Positions 10,851 to 21,764 of a DNA stretch of 64,000 nucleotides are shown here, piece by piece. The translations under genes and the position numbers were made by a program. How positions within the stretch are numbered: the first letter of the stretch is position 1; every line of letters starts with the position of its first letter. The notes below the pieces were generated by a model. It did not search any database and had not been told where the DNA came from. It was given only the letters and a program-made list of their open reading frames with translations. The stretch covers positions 1-64,000 of the forward strand of contig JAADVB010000057.1 of NCBI GenBank assembly GCA_023334545.1. Direction: 5' to 3'. This stretch comes from Salisapilia sapeloensis CBS 127946. Taxonomy: Eukaryota > Protista > Oomycota.

Positions 10851-13017
10851 ATGTGCACCGTGGTGCGCTACCGCGCTTTATTTGCGGCGGCCCTCGCGGT
10901 CTTCGCGCAGCCCGTTCGCGGTGAAGGAAGCGCTGGCTCTTTGCCTACTTGGCTTGCGTACGTGACGGGAGGTCTGCTCGTCGTCATCATCGTGTACTAC
11001 TGCTGCCGACGCGCCAGGTTCGACGAGAACCTCCAGCAGCCTCTCCTCGGCGGGTGCGTCCTCTCTCTTCTTTCGTATCACCCATGACTTCGACACTGAT
11101 CCACAACTTTTTTCTTTCCAGACAATACACGGAAGATGGCCAGCCAATGACTCGGCAGGACGTCCAGGAATCGTACGTTACGCACTATACTTGTCGAACT
11201 CCGCAGTCCTGATGATATCTCTGGTAGAAACGACGAACTCGGCTCCCAGTGGACGTGCGACGTATGCGACTTCCAGAACAAGGAGACCCACAAGGTCTGC
11301 GTTCTGTGTGGCACCGACCGCGGCTTTTCTCTCGGCATTAACACGCCGCAGCATCAGCGCTCCAACTCGAGTATGTTTGCCTACTTTGTCTGTCCATTCG
11401 TATACCTAATCGAGAGTGTGTGTAGCGACCAACGTCAACAACACTGGCAACAGCTCTAGCACGAGCTTGACGCAGCAGGCGTCTTTCAACCGAACGCGTT
11501 CCTTTGCCATCCGTCGGCTCAATATGCTCAACAGCCGACAGCGGGGCGCGCGTGGACGTCAAGAGTGGGTTCGAAAGGTCGGAAAAGATGGACAGCGATA
11601 CTGGTCGCGCCGTGAGCCACGCCTCCCACCGTCGTCCAAGGCTACGGAGAACGCAGACAACGTCGAGATCGATGTGGACGACGAGAACAAGGAGTTGGCA
11701 CCACAAAAGTCGCTCGCCTTTGTCTCGCAGTTAGCGCAGACGCCGAGACATCCCGAGGGACGCATGACGTTCAAAGAGTATCGGGAAGTAGACGCGCGGG
11801 TGGCTTCGCGCGGGTACGAGATTAGTGAGCAGGACCTGGAGATTCTAGAGCAGGTGGCTGCGCTGCCGTTCAAGGACAAGTACGCCTGGTTCCTGGAGCA
11901 GACTTCGGCGCTGATCAAGCCGTGGGAAGATGGGCACTTGAAGATGCGCGTCCATCGAGAGAACGTCTTGGTGGAGAGCATGGAGCAGCTCTTGGGCGTG
12001 CAGATGGAACACATTCACATGCCCCTCCGGATCGAGTTCATTGGCGAAATGGCCATCGACGCTGGTGGACTGGAACGAGAGTGGTTCTCCCTTGTGACGG
12101 AGCGACTATTTGACGAGACGATCGGACTCTTCATGTGTGCTCACGTCGACTCGCTTGCATACGTCGTGAACCCCAACAGCGTGGAGGCGTCTGCAGACCA
12201 CCTGCTCTACTTCCGAGGAGCTGGGCGACTACTAGGCCGAGCGCTTCTGGAGGGACAGCTGATGGAAGCACACTTGGCTTTGCCTGTCCTCAAGCACTTG
12301 CTAGGCGTCCCAATATCGTTCCACGATCTCGAGTTTTATGACGTGGAAGTGTACCGCAGTCTTAAATGGATGAAGGAGAACGACGGCGTGGAAGCGCTGT
12401 CGTTGGACTTTAGCGTGACGAACCGGAAGCTCAGTGGAGAGTTAGAGACTATTGACCTCAAGGAGAACGGACGCAACATTGAAGTGACGGACGAGAACAA
12501 GGACGAGTACATCAGCCTCCGTCTCCGCTACATCATGCTGGACTCGTTCGCCGAGCAGCTGCAGCACCTCATGGCCGGCGTCTTCGAGGTCATTCCGCAG
12601 GAACTCATCCTGGTGTTCGACTACCAGGAGCTGGAGCTCGTGCTCTGCGGTGTGCCCTCCATCGACATCAACGACTGGCGTCAGCATACGCAAGTGTCAG
12701 ATGAACTTCCGGAAGAAGTGCTTGGATGGTTCTGGGAGATCGTCGAAGCCTTCTCGGACGAAGAGCGCGCTCGCCTGTTGCAGTTCACCACCGGAAGTTC
12801 CCGCGTGCCTGTGCAAGGCTTCAAGGCGCTCACGAGCTACGACGGCCGCATCTGCCACTTTACGCTCAAGGCCGTGCCGTACCCTGAGAACGGGTACCCT
12901 CGCGCCCACACGTGCTTCAACCGAATCGACATGCCTGTCTACAAGAGCAAGAAGGAGATGGAGGAAGTCATGTCGCTCGTCATCAACATGGAGGTCACTG
13001 GCTTCACGGACGAGTAA
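10851..13017 (+). CDS. Membrane-anchored HECT E3 ubiquitin ligase (signal/TM + RanBP2-type Zn finger + HECT); introns 11054-11121, 11173-11206, 11371-11425
   Basis: Spliced frame gives a TM segment, WTCDVCDFQN...CVLCGT, then HECT motifs AIDAGGLEREWF, LLQFTTGSSRVP and the catalytic YPRAHTCFNRIDMP. Confidence 0.88.
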
Positions 13018-13154
13018 GTCGGTTTCGGAGGACAAAACGAAACTCTTTTATTTTTCCTTTCTCTTTGCTTTGTCCAAGTACGCACCGAAAACAAAGAACA
13101 CAGCTTATTTTCTTCGCTTGCTTTGCTCCATCCTAGTACCTAACTACCGCCACC

Positions 13155-16100
13155 TCATGATGCAGGAGGCTTGTCATGCAGACTGTCGCTCATCATCGCA
13201 TCCGGCATAGCCATCTCCTCCGACGTCGGTGCTGCAGACACGCTCGAGCTTGAGCTGCTTTGTTGGCTCAGCACCGTGCTGCTCGGCAAGGCGTTCGAGT
13301 TGCTCAGTAGCCTCGCGATCATCGCCACTTTCTGGGCTTCGCTCGCGTCCCGTCGGTTCAGAATCGACTGGATTTTGAGCTTCACCGCAGGCTGGCGGTC
13401 CAGCACGGCGAGCAACGACTGGCTGCTCGAGCTATTCATACGACTGCTCGATCCTCCTAGTGCCTGTCCTCCCCACGTCGACGTCGATCCGGTCTGGTAG
13501 GACGCGTGAGACGCATCCAATGCACTCGACGCTGTCGTTGCGTCCTGAGAAGCCGAAGAGTACGAGCTGCGTGGTCCGAGTGACACGGCACTCAGATGCT
13601 GCACACTTGGCGATGCAGTGGACGCGATGGATGGTGTCAACGTCGGTGTGGACGTTACGCTTACGCTCGGAGACTGTGTGTTGCTAATAGGGGCGCTCGA
13701 ATTGGCAGAAGCGACGGCTGCTGCGGCCTGCACAGCTGCAACTGCCGCCTCTTTGCTCTTGCGAATGACGTCGTCAGGTGGTAACGCGTGCGACGGCAGG
13801 AGAGCGATCAAGTCCGAGTGAGACTTGTGGGGTGCAGGCAGATTCGACAAGTGGGCTGCGCTCTGTGTCGGCAGCGCAGGCGGCGGCACTTTCTTCTTCA
13901 TGCTCTGGACGATCGCGTCGAACGAGTTGCGTAGCGACGCACTAGTGTTCTTCCTCTTGGCCTTGTCTGCTGCAGTCTGCAAAGACGCCGCTGCGTCTGC
14001 TTGCTGCTTTCGTTCCTGCGCACTCTGATGCACAAACGTATCGGCTGCATCCGTGTGCACCTTTGGAGGAGGCACACCGAGCGCGTCCTGGTACTTTACA
14101 AGCACTTCATCAGGAGAGACGCCGACGACCATTTCAAGCTCATCGTCCGGCACAGGCTCTCCCTTCCACTTGATGCCAGTGAAGGAGGACGCCGGAGCAC
14201 CAGACTTTCCTGTTGCCAGCAGCTTGTTATACCGGTCGTAGCACTGCCTCGGAGATCTTCTTCGATAGCACCAGGCAGAGGAGCTGCTGCGCGAGTTGAG
14301 GCAATGGGACACGAGCGCCCAGTTGCTGCCGTACCACCGCACGAGCGTCACGAGCAACGCGTCATCCCGTGCACTCCACTTATCCTTCTTGACGGCCTCG
14401 GCGCCACTCCTCTTGTTTCGTGCAGCCTTTGCCTTCTTGGTCGACTTGTGCGGTCGTCCAGACGACGTCTGGGCAGCCGACATCTCGGATGCACTGGATG
14501 AGATAGCTCCTGCATCGTCCAGTCCAGGACCAAGCAGCAAGGATGAAGGATCGTCCCACGACGTAGCGTCCAAAGCATCTAGGTTGGTGTCTCCCCAGAA
14601 GTCGTCGTCGTCCAGATCCGAGAGCTCCATCTTACGTTTGTCTGACGACCTTCTGCTGCTAGATAGCTTCGCATGCTTGGGCTTCCTCCCCTTCTTACTC
14701 GGTTCGACAGGCTTCGGGGGTTCTGCCTCCTGGTACGAAATAGCGTACGTCTGCTGATGGTACTGCGGATCGCCCACTTCGACCATGACCTTCTTATCAG
14801 GGTCGAGCGCCAAGTCGTACACTTCATAATGGACCTCATCGCCGTTGCGACGCAGACTATCGAGACCATCTACGTACAGAGGAGTGGAGAGCAAGCGCTG
14901 CTGCTTGTCCAGGACAGCAAGCTGTTCAAAGCTGCTGCTATTGACGTTCTGCATGGCATAAGACACTGCCTCGTCCACGTGCTGGTCCTTGTGCTCTTTC
15001 ACCTTCTCCAGCCAATTGACAGCGTACCACTCGACCGAGCTCAACTCATCCGTCTGCGCCAGCAGCAGATGCTCCTCCGGGTCCAGCTCCTGATCTTCCA
15101 GTCCAGACTGACAGTACCCCCTCTCAGCTTCCTTTACCTCTCTCTTATCCAGAGACGGCTTGCCCCACCACCCAGGCGTCTCCACTTGCACCGAGGCCAC
15201 CTGCAAGAGCTCTTGCGGAGACAGCGAAGCAAAGGTCTTTTCACTCAGACACGATCCGACCTGGAGCAACGACGCTTCTACGCTTTCCTCTGTATGCAGA
15301 CGGTAGACTGCCAGCGTCTCCCCCAGCTTCTCTCCGGCCACTTGCGCAAAAGACGCACGTAGCTTGGCGTCGACCATGGCATTCCAGTCACCATCCACTA
15401 CGACCACGGCGTCAGCTCCGAACGGGACGCTCGCTCGTCCATTCTTCTGCAACCTCGTGGGAAGTAGCGCCACCTGCGCCTGCTTCAACGCAAATTGCCG
15501 CATACTCTTCTGCACAAGAGCCTTTCGTCCGACTGTCGTGACAGCGCTTATACCCAAAACGTCCAGCAGTAGCTCTAGCACAGGGAGAAGAGACTCCAGC
15601 TGCACATACAACGCGACTCTCTTTTCCTCTTTAACGAGTCTCAGCAAGAGAGCGCATAGCTCACTGAGCTTCCCAGAGCAAGATTCGAAGAGAGCTCGGT
15701 CGGCCTGAGCCAGCTTCTCCTTGTCGGCAGGCAGTTCGACGCAGTTGCAGATACTCCGCAGTCGCAAGAGCAGCTGCATCCAGTCTTTAAACGTCGAAGA
15801 GGAAAAGCAAGAAACGGCAGACCGGTACTGCGCCTGCTGGGATGACGTCAGCTTACACGCGACGCTAGTCTCCTCCACCTTGCCCAGCTGATGCTCTCGG
15901 TCGGACCGTCTTCGACGCAGTCCGGCTGCGTGCAGGAGGAATAGGGAGATGGTGCACCCGCGTCGAGTCTCCTTGGACGTCGAGACGGTGCAGAGGGCAT
16001 CGATAGCCGACGCAGACTTCCTCCTGGAGGAAAAGGTGTGGCTGAGAGACTCATACGACACGCACCCACCTTTCTGTTCAAATAAGGCAAAGAGGAAGGA

Positions 16101-17408
16101 GGCATAGGCCTGCTGCAGTGCTGACGACCCCCACGACTCTGGTAATGCAGAGCTCATCAAGACTCTTGTCTGAGACTGCTGGACGCTGGACAGACGCTGG
16201 ACGACTTGTATGTCCTGGAAGACTGCGTTGCGCGGATCAAAGTCCATGACGATGCTCCCCCACTTGTCAAACGCCGTGATCTGGTCCATGTCTGTAGCCA
16301 GGACAGAAGAGGGGCAGACGACGCACTTGATCCTGTCAACCTGCTGCTCCACGAGACGGACGACATCCAGAGCGGCAATGTTACTGTCCCACTGGCGTCT
16401 CAACCGCTCTCGACTGCGACTGCTCGGTCCGTCATACACCTGCAGCTCTTCCGTCGAAAAGTATTGAGAGAGACTCGATAGCCACTTGGGCACGTCATAC
16501 TCGTCCACGACGATCAAGTGGATATTTTCATCTAACATCCTCGCCTGCAGAAACTTGGACACGAGCAGGCTGGAGCCCATGCCCACCTGGTCGTTCACAA
16601 ACGCATTTAGCTGATGATCGAACACTTCTTCTAGATACTGAACGCCTTCGCTTTGAATCGCCTCTGGCTTGTCTTCCTGCGTTAACAGAGACAGCACATC
16701 CTGCACCTGCCTTTGCATCTTGCTCAGTGCCTTCTGGTCAACTGTCCTCCCTTCCATCGGCACCACCTCCACCTCTACATGCGCACTCTGTCCGTTGCTT
16801 TGCTCTTCCTTGGTATCGTCCAGTGTCTTCTCCCCGCTCTCCACTCTCATGCGCGTCCTCGCAGCCGTGCGTTCCATCGTCCGCCAAAAGGCAGCCATGA
16901 GCGACGCCACCTCCCTCCCCTTCTTCCGTCGCAGCTGCTCTTCCTGTCTCTCCTGTTCATCCAGCTTATCTCGCGCCTGCCGAGCCAAGTGAGACGAAAG
17001 AGCTAATCGCCACTTGCGCGTCTCACTAAAGTCCGTCGCCATCCACCGCATTTCATCCAGCAACAGGTCATGGTGGCTCTTGCGACGGCTCGAAGGTGGG
17101 GCACGAGGCAGCTGTCTCTTTCGAGTCAACTGACCTGTCTTGGACGCTACTTGGGACGCTGTCTCGACATACGAATCGAGGCTGGACTGGAACTCGGATG
17201 CGATCTCTTGAGGAGAACGCACAGGAGACAGTGGAACCTTCTCTGGAGATGGCACAGGCGCCTGAGAACTAGTTTTAGGACTAGTATGCTCCACCTTTTG
17301 CTTTTTCAACGGTGACGTCGGTTGCACATCTGGCTTTCGCTTTAAATCTGACGCACTGGACGCTGTGTCTACTTGAGGTTGCTCGCATGGAGGTGATGGC
17401 TCTCGCAA
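13155..17408 (-). CDS. p400/PIE1/EAF1-like chromatin scaffold: HSA + degenerate SNF2 ATPase + SANT/Myb
   Basis: HSA motif LLDEMRWMATDFSETRKW. SNF2-like fold segments with lost Walker motifs. SANT motif WSARDDALL..YGSNWALVS..RSPRQCYDRY. Confidence 0.82.
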   Translation of the reverse strand: MREPSPPCEQPQVDTASSASDLKRKPDVQPTSPLKKQKVEHTSPKTSSQAPVPSPEKVPLSPVRSPQEIASEFQSSLDSYVETASQVASKTGQLTRKRQLPRAPPSSRRKSHHDLLLDEMRWMATDFSETRKWRLALSSHLARQARDKLDEQERQEEQLRRKKGREVASLMAAFWRTMERTAARTRMRVESGEKTLDDTKEEQSNGQSAHVEVEVVPMEGRTVDQKALSKMQRQVQDVLSLLTQEDKPEAIQSEGVQYLEEVFDHQLNAFVNDQVGMGSSLLVSKFLQARMLDENIHLIVVDEYDVPKWLSSLSQYFSTEELQVYDGPSSRSRERLRRQWDSNIAALDVVRLVEQQVDRIKCVVCPSSVLATDMDQITAFDKWGSIVMDFDPRNAVFQDIQVVQRLSSVQQSQTRVLMSSALPESWGSSALQQAYASFLFALFEQKGGCVSYESLSHTFSSRRKSASAIDALCTVSTSKETRRGCTISLFLLHAAGLRRRRSDREHQLGKVEETSVACKLTSSQQAQYRSAVSCFSSSTFKDWMQLLLRLRSICNCVELPADKEKLAQADRALFESCSGKLSELCALLLRLVKEEKRVALYVQLESLLPVLELLLDVLGISAVTTVGRKALVQKSMRQFALKQAQVALLPTRLQKNGRASVPFGADAVVVVDGDWNAMVDAKLRASFAQVAGEKLGETLAVYRLHTEESVEASLLQVGSCLSEKTFASLSPQELLQVASVQVETPGWWGKPSLDKREVKEAERGYCQSGLEDQELDPEEHLLLAQTDELSSVEWYAVNWLEKVKEHKDQHVDEAVSYAMQNVNSSSFEQLAVLDKQQRLLSTPLYVDGLDSLRRNGDEVHYEVYDLALDPDKKVMVEVGDPQYHQQTYAISYQEAEPPKPVEPSKKGRKPKHAKLSSSRRSSDKRKMELSDLDDDDFWGDTNLDALDATSWDDPSSLLLGPGLDDAGAISSSASEMSAAQTSSGRPHKSTKKAKAARNKRSGAEAVKKDKWSARDDALLVTLVRWYGSNWALVSHCLNSRSSSSAWCYRRRSPRQCYDRYNKLLATGKSGAPASSFTGIKWKGEPVPDDELEMVVGVSPDEVLVKYQDALGVPPPKVHTDAADTFVHQSAQERKQQADAAASLQTAADKAKRKNTSASLRNSFDAIVQSMKKKVPPPALPTQSAAHLSNLPAPHKSHSDLIALLPSHALPPDDVIRKSKEAAVAAVQAAAAVASANSSAPISNTQSPSVSVTSTPTLTPSIASTASPSVQHLSAVSLGPRSSYSSASQDATTASSALDASHASYQTGSTSTWGGQALGGSSSRMNSSSSQSLLAVLDRQPAVKLKIQSILNRRDASEAQKVAMIARLLSNSNALPSSTVLSQQSSSSSSVSAAPTSEEMAMPDAMMSDSLHDKPPAS

Positions 17409-18414
17409 GCTCGATCGCTTCGTTACCAGCTCTCTATTGTCATCTCATAAATACTTGAAGTGGAGGCAAGATGACAAGGTGCATACTCTAGAAGCGACTC
17501 TTTGTACTCTATAATCTTACTCCGCAGCTCCTTTAAAAGCTCTGCCTCTGTCGCCGGGCCCTCGGGAACAGAACTCGTGCTTACCATCTAGAATACAAGA
17601 TCAAACGTTATGGACTGAAACTACTTGTACTGTATTAAAAATTGAGTCATACGTGCGCGTTAGTCCGCAAAGAGCCCTGCGCCGCATCGACTACATGTCC
17701 AAAGGTAGCAAGAGTGTCAATAAAAATTCCTCTAGTCATGATGTATCTGATGGAGATGCAGTTATGTTGTAAAAGACACCCGCATATCCAACGGCATGGG
17801 AGCAAGTGGAGCATCGAGATGCCTCCTACAGTCCCAAGAGAGTGGGCCAAAGCCACTGCCTTGTGCAAAGGCCTGGATATACCCGCGTTGGACGACTTTT
17901 TGGATCGGATACAAACATCAAGATAAAATGGAAAAGCGCATACCTGCTGCAAAAGTCGCCGTGACTCGAGTAGGGACCTCCCTGTTGCTGCTAGTAGTGG
18001 ATAAGTGGCGCAGATCGCGAGTAGAGCGCCTGGGCGTGGCTAGAATCGGCGTCTAGAAACGAGAGTGTTGGTCACTCGCCCCCTCGGTGTTCTCGGCTCG
18101 ACCGCTCGTTTTCTAACGCGTTAATGCCAACCATAACTGTCTCGGTTTAAAGGCTCTACTTCCATTGGAAGAACGTATGTCCGTGACAGAACGTCCGGTC
18201 GTCCGCTGTCCCGCATCCTGTGCTCGACGTCTTGAAATGCTCCGCCTCTGCAGCCAGTATACAGAACCACCTTGAAGCAGGAGCGATCTTGGGGAGAAGG
18301 ATACGGGTACTCACATGCGACACAAACAAGGCAAAAGAAAAGGAAATCATGATTCGTATTGCAATCAGTGGCCAAATGGACTGTCGAACAAAGTAGAGTC
18401 TGTCTGCCTCCTAC

Positions 18415-19826
18415 TTAAAAATACGACTGGAGACCGCCCGAGCGACGGACGTCGACCGTAGCGCAGTGGAAGCTGCCGCCAAACGGCATAAAGTTGCGGA
18501 ACGGGACTGGAATGACCTCAAAGCCCCAGTCCTTGAACGCCTGCTGGCACCTCTTCTCATTCGCCTCCACGATCACCGTGCCTGGCTTCAGCACCAGCAC
18601 ATTGCACGTCGCGGTCCACGGACTCGTGAAGAAGAGCGGGTGGTTGGCATCTAGCTCCGGCTCTGGCGCCATCAGCACGTCCCATCCCTTGAACATCTCC
18701 GGAAGACAGTAGTCGTAGTTTGTGCCCTTGTACGTATAACTCTTCACTGGGCGTCCTGTGATGCACGGGCGGTACGGATTCGCCAATAGCTTCCCTGGCA
18801 TCAACGGTACGAACGTACCGTCAATGTGCATGGCGTTACGGTCTTGGAAATCCAGTAGATGGATGTTATAGTCGTCTCCAAGGTGTCGCTGGAGCCACTC
18901 GATGCCGAACATGTTGGTCACCTGACTGCGCTGGGTGAAAATGTCTCGACCAAAGCGCGTGAACTCGGCTGCGTCAAACGTCGGCTCGAACTCGGTCACG
19001 ACCGACTAGCAAGCATTCCATCAGTCATGTTACATATATATATATGTAGACAGTTAAGTGATTTATATACGGTAAATGTCGACTTGTCGTCCACCCAGTC
19101 TTCATTGTACAACTCATCGCTCATCTGCGGCTTCGGAGCAGCCGTCCACTTGGCCCCTTTCTACAGCAAAACGAGTCAGTTACCACCTAACTAGATATAA
19201 TGATATAAATCATCATGACGCACGTGAAAGTACTCTTTCATCAACTTCCGAAATGGCCGGTATTCAAAATAACGCGAGCGCCAGGCCATGGGCGCTTCCA
19301 AAATTTCATTGCCAAAGACAATGAGCACGTCGCGAGGCATCGCGGCGTACAGTTGCGTCTGGGCTTCAAAATCAGGCGTCGTCACGGGCGTATTAAACTC
19401 CATGGCTTCTGGACGACGGACCGTCACGCCCTCTCCTTCCAGCACTTGGGCCAGATAATCGAGCTCGTCCGCCGCTCCAGCCATGAGTTCAGACGGGAAC
19501 CGCTCGCCACTCTTACTTTTGTACATATCCCAGTATTTGGACGGCCACACCGCTTTCCCCGCGACATGCCACTCGGGGATCGTAGCGCCGTCCACCCTCC
19601 CGACAATCACCTCCTCCAGAGGATCCCACTCGTTGAACGAGTTCACGATGGGCCGCTGGCGGTTCACATGCATATGCGGCATGTCGTCTTGGTCGGTTTC
19701 GACTAGAACTCCATCAAGCTTGTGCTGCAGTGCTGGCGCTGCTAAGGAGCTCTTGGATCGGCTCGTCGTGTGGACGGACCGGACGAACTTTTGAAGATAG
19801 CTCAGGCGGTGGCGTATGAGGTTCAT
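18415..19826 (-). CDS. GATM: L-arginine:glycine amidinotransferase-like enzyme with a predicted mitochondrial presequence; introns 19161-19223 and 19006-19070
   Basis: NEWDPLEEVIVG, MPRD..GNEILEAPMAWRSRYFE, spliced KGAKWTAAPKP, EFEPTFDAAEF, NAMHID, GGSFHCATVDVRR. All closely follow AGAT. Confidence 0.92.
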
Positions 19827-20977
19827 GGCACTTGTCGTTCGGATAAGCTCGGTGTTCCTTTGCGTGTTTTTGGGCGCGAAGTGGATTTGGATGTGATCCT
19901 CCCTCGCTCGGAACCTCGTGGGAAGTCTCCACTGGAGCCTTTTCGATCAAATCACACAAATGAAGCCATCGTTTCCATTAATTGATTCGACACAATTAGA
20001 TTCGTCGCAAGCGGTGGAAAAAAGAATCCATTCCGAAAAATAGATCTCTGTCTACACAAAGACACCAGTACCGTGTAATAGTAATATATTGGCATAGTAT
20101 GGCAAGTTGAAGCTGGCTGAAATGTATCGATTCCTTCAGTGCCTACGTTTCGCTCGTCTGACTTTGAAAGATCGCAGACTTTTTATGTGACCGTTCACGA
20201 TACTTGCCATGGTCGCATTCGTTTTGCTTTATCTTTCAGTCGCGCACACAGGCACCGCGTGACAGGAACGTGTCTTTTCAAGGAGCTGAAACGGAATTCA
20301 ACAAGATGATGTGAATTTCGTTTCAGTACACCACCGCCTCTGCCAAAGTTGGATTGCTTATTTGATGCAGGGCACGGAATCAGACTGCAAGTATAAGCTT
20401 CGAACATGAAGCGCATGTCACGTAGAGAAGGTGCAGTAGATGGATACTTGATGGAAAGAAAGCAAGTTGCCAAAGGCGGCAGGCATCACATTAATCAAGC
20501 AGATATGGCAACCTTCTAGCAACCTCCATAAAACCCTTCAGGAAACATTCCCGTATGCAAAATCGAGCGCGAATTGGACCGGAACACCAGCCTCCGCACG
20601 CACGCCATCCCTCTCCCATCGCTCTTTCACAACGTAAGTCGACTTTTCTTGTTGCTTCTGATCTGCATCCGCCAAGGATGTATGCAAATGACCTTGGCTG
20701 CTACTTGCTGGTGTCCAAACGTCTCACCATTGTTGTGATCATCTCGAAAAGTGAGAAACGAAAAGTCCCGTAGCTACGGTGCTGCTTGGATAATTCGGAT
20801 ACAGTCATCACCCATATATATGTGTGCATAATTATGTTGCTCATGTGCCTTGTACGATGCAAGAGCATTTGTCCCCGATCAATAAGACTCCATTCATCTA
20901 TGATTTTGATCTCGAGTCCATTTCCATATCCGAACGACTTCTCTAATCCATATCTTGTCCAGACGTACCAAGCAGTC

Positions 20978-21664
20978 ATGGCAGATGACTTGATGCGCAT
21001 GTTCCAGAGCATTACCACGACGGACCATGATGAGTTGATCGACCAATTCGCCCATTTACTGCAAACGGACGTGAACACTGCCAACTTTTTCCTCGAATCG
21101 TCCAACTGGAACGTCGAACTCGCGGTCAACAACTACCTCGCCATGGCTGCCAACCCTCCTGCACAGCACTCGCCTGCCAGTATGCAGGACAGTGATGCTG
21201 CCATGGACGACTCGGATGACGCAGTGGATCCGTCGCAGGTCATGGACCCCGAAGCAAAGTTTGTCAGCGACTTATCCCAGTCTCAGAACATTGTCTTTGC
21301 GCCACAATCCGTCGTTAACATGCAGTGGACGTTCGTAAACAGCGGACCCATCCCATGGCCAGCAGAAACGGCGCTCGTGTTTTCCAATGGAGAGCAGTTC
21401 AACGGTCCGGAGCGCATCGAACTGAAGAGCGCTGCGCCGGGGGAAAGGATAGACATCCAAGTATCTCTCCAGATGCCGTCCGAGGTCGGGTCGTACGCCG
21501 GCAGCTGGCGATTAAAGTATGCAGACGGTTTCTTTGGTGACGCGGTGTGGGCTATTTTAAACGTTGGTCAGAACCAAGACGGACGGGAAATGGCGGGTGG
21601 GAAGAACCCGCAGACGAACGTGTTTGACGGTCGAGGGAACGAGGTGGAAGACATGGATATCTAG
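20978..21664 (+). CDS. ILRUN: ILRUN/C6orf106-like protein (UBA-like + NBR1 FW domain)
   Basis: N-terminus TTDHDELIDQF..ANFFLESSNWNVELAVNNY. FW domain WTFVNSGPIPWP..YAGSWRL..FFGDAVWAIL. Likely start is ATG 20978, not 20786. Confidence 0.85.
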   Translation: MADDLMRMFQSITTTDHDELIDQFAHLLQTDVNTANFFLESSNWNVELAVNNYLAMAANPPAQHSPASMQDSDAAMDDSDDAVDPSQVMDPEAKFVSDLSQSQNIVFAPQSVVNMQWTFVNSGPIPWPAETALVFSNGEQFNGPERIELKSAAPGERIDIQVSLQMPSEVGSYAGSWRLKYADGFFGDAVWAILNVGQNQDGREMAGGKNPQTNVFDGRGNEVEDMDI

Positions 21665-21764
21665 ACCTGCTCGCATGAACTGCCGCCTCGTATCTATCCT
21701 ACGTCTGAGTTGAAAGACAAATACGAAATTGTTCCATTCAGAATATATTGTAGCATGCGTGGCA

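Noticed and set aside
18415-19826. Amidinotransferase as bacterial contamination or a toxin-cluster gene (SxtG/CyrA/StrB1)
   Set aside because: It has two spliceosomal introns, a presequence and AGAT-like acceptor residues, and no PKS/NRPS or other cluster genes nearby.
19830-20970. ORFs 20195-20473 and 20701-21132 as genes or a transposon
   Set aside because: No domain motif or terminal repeats, and one overlaps ILRUN antisense; left as an unresolved divergent intergenic region.
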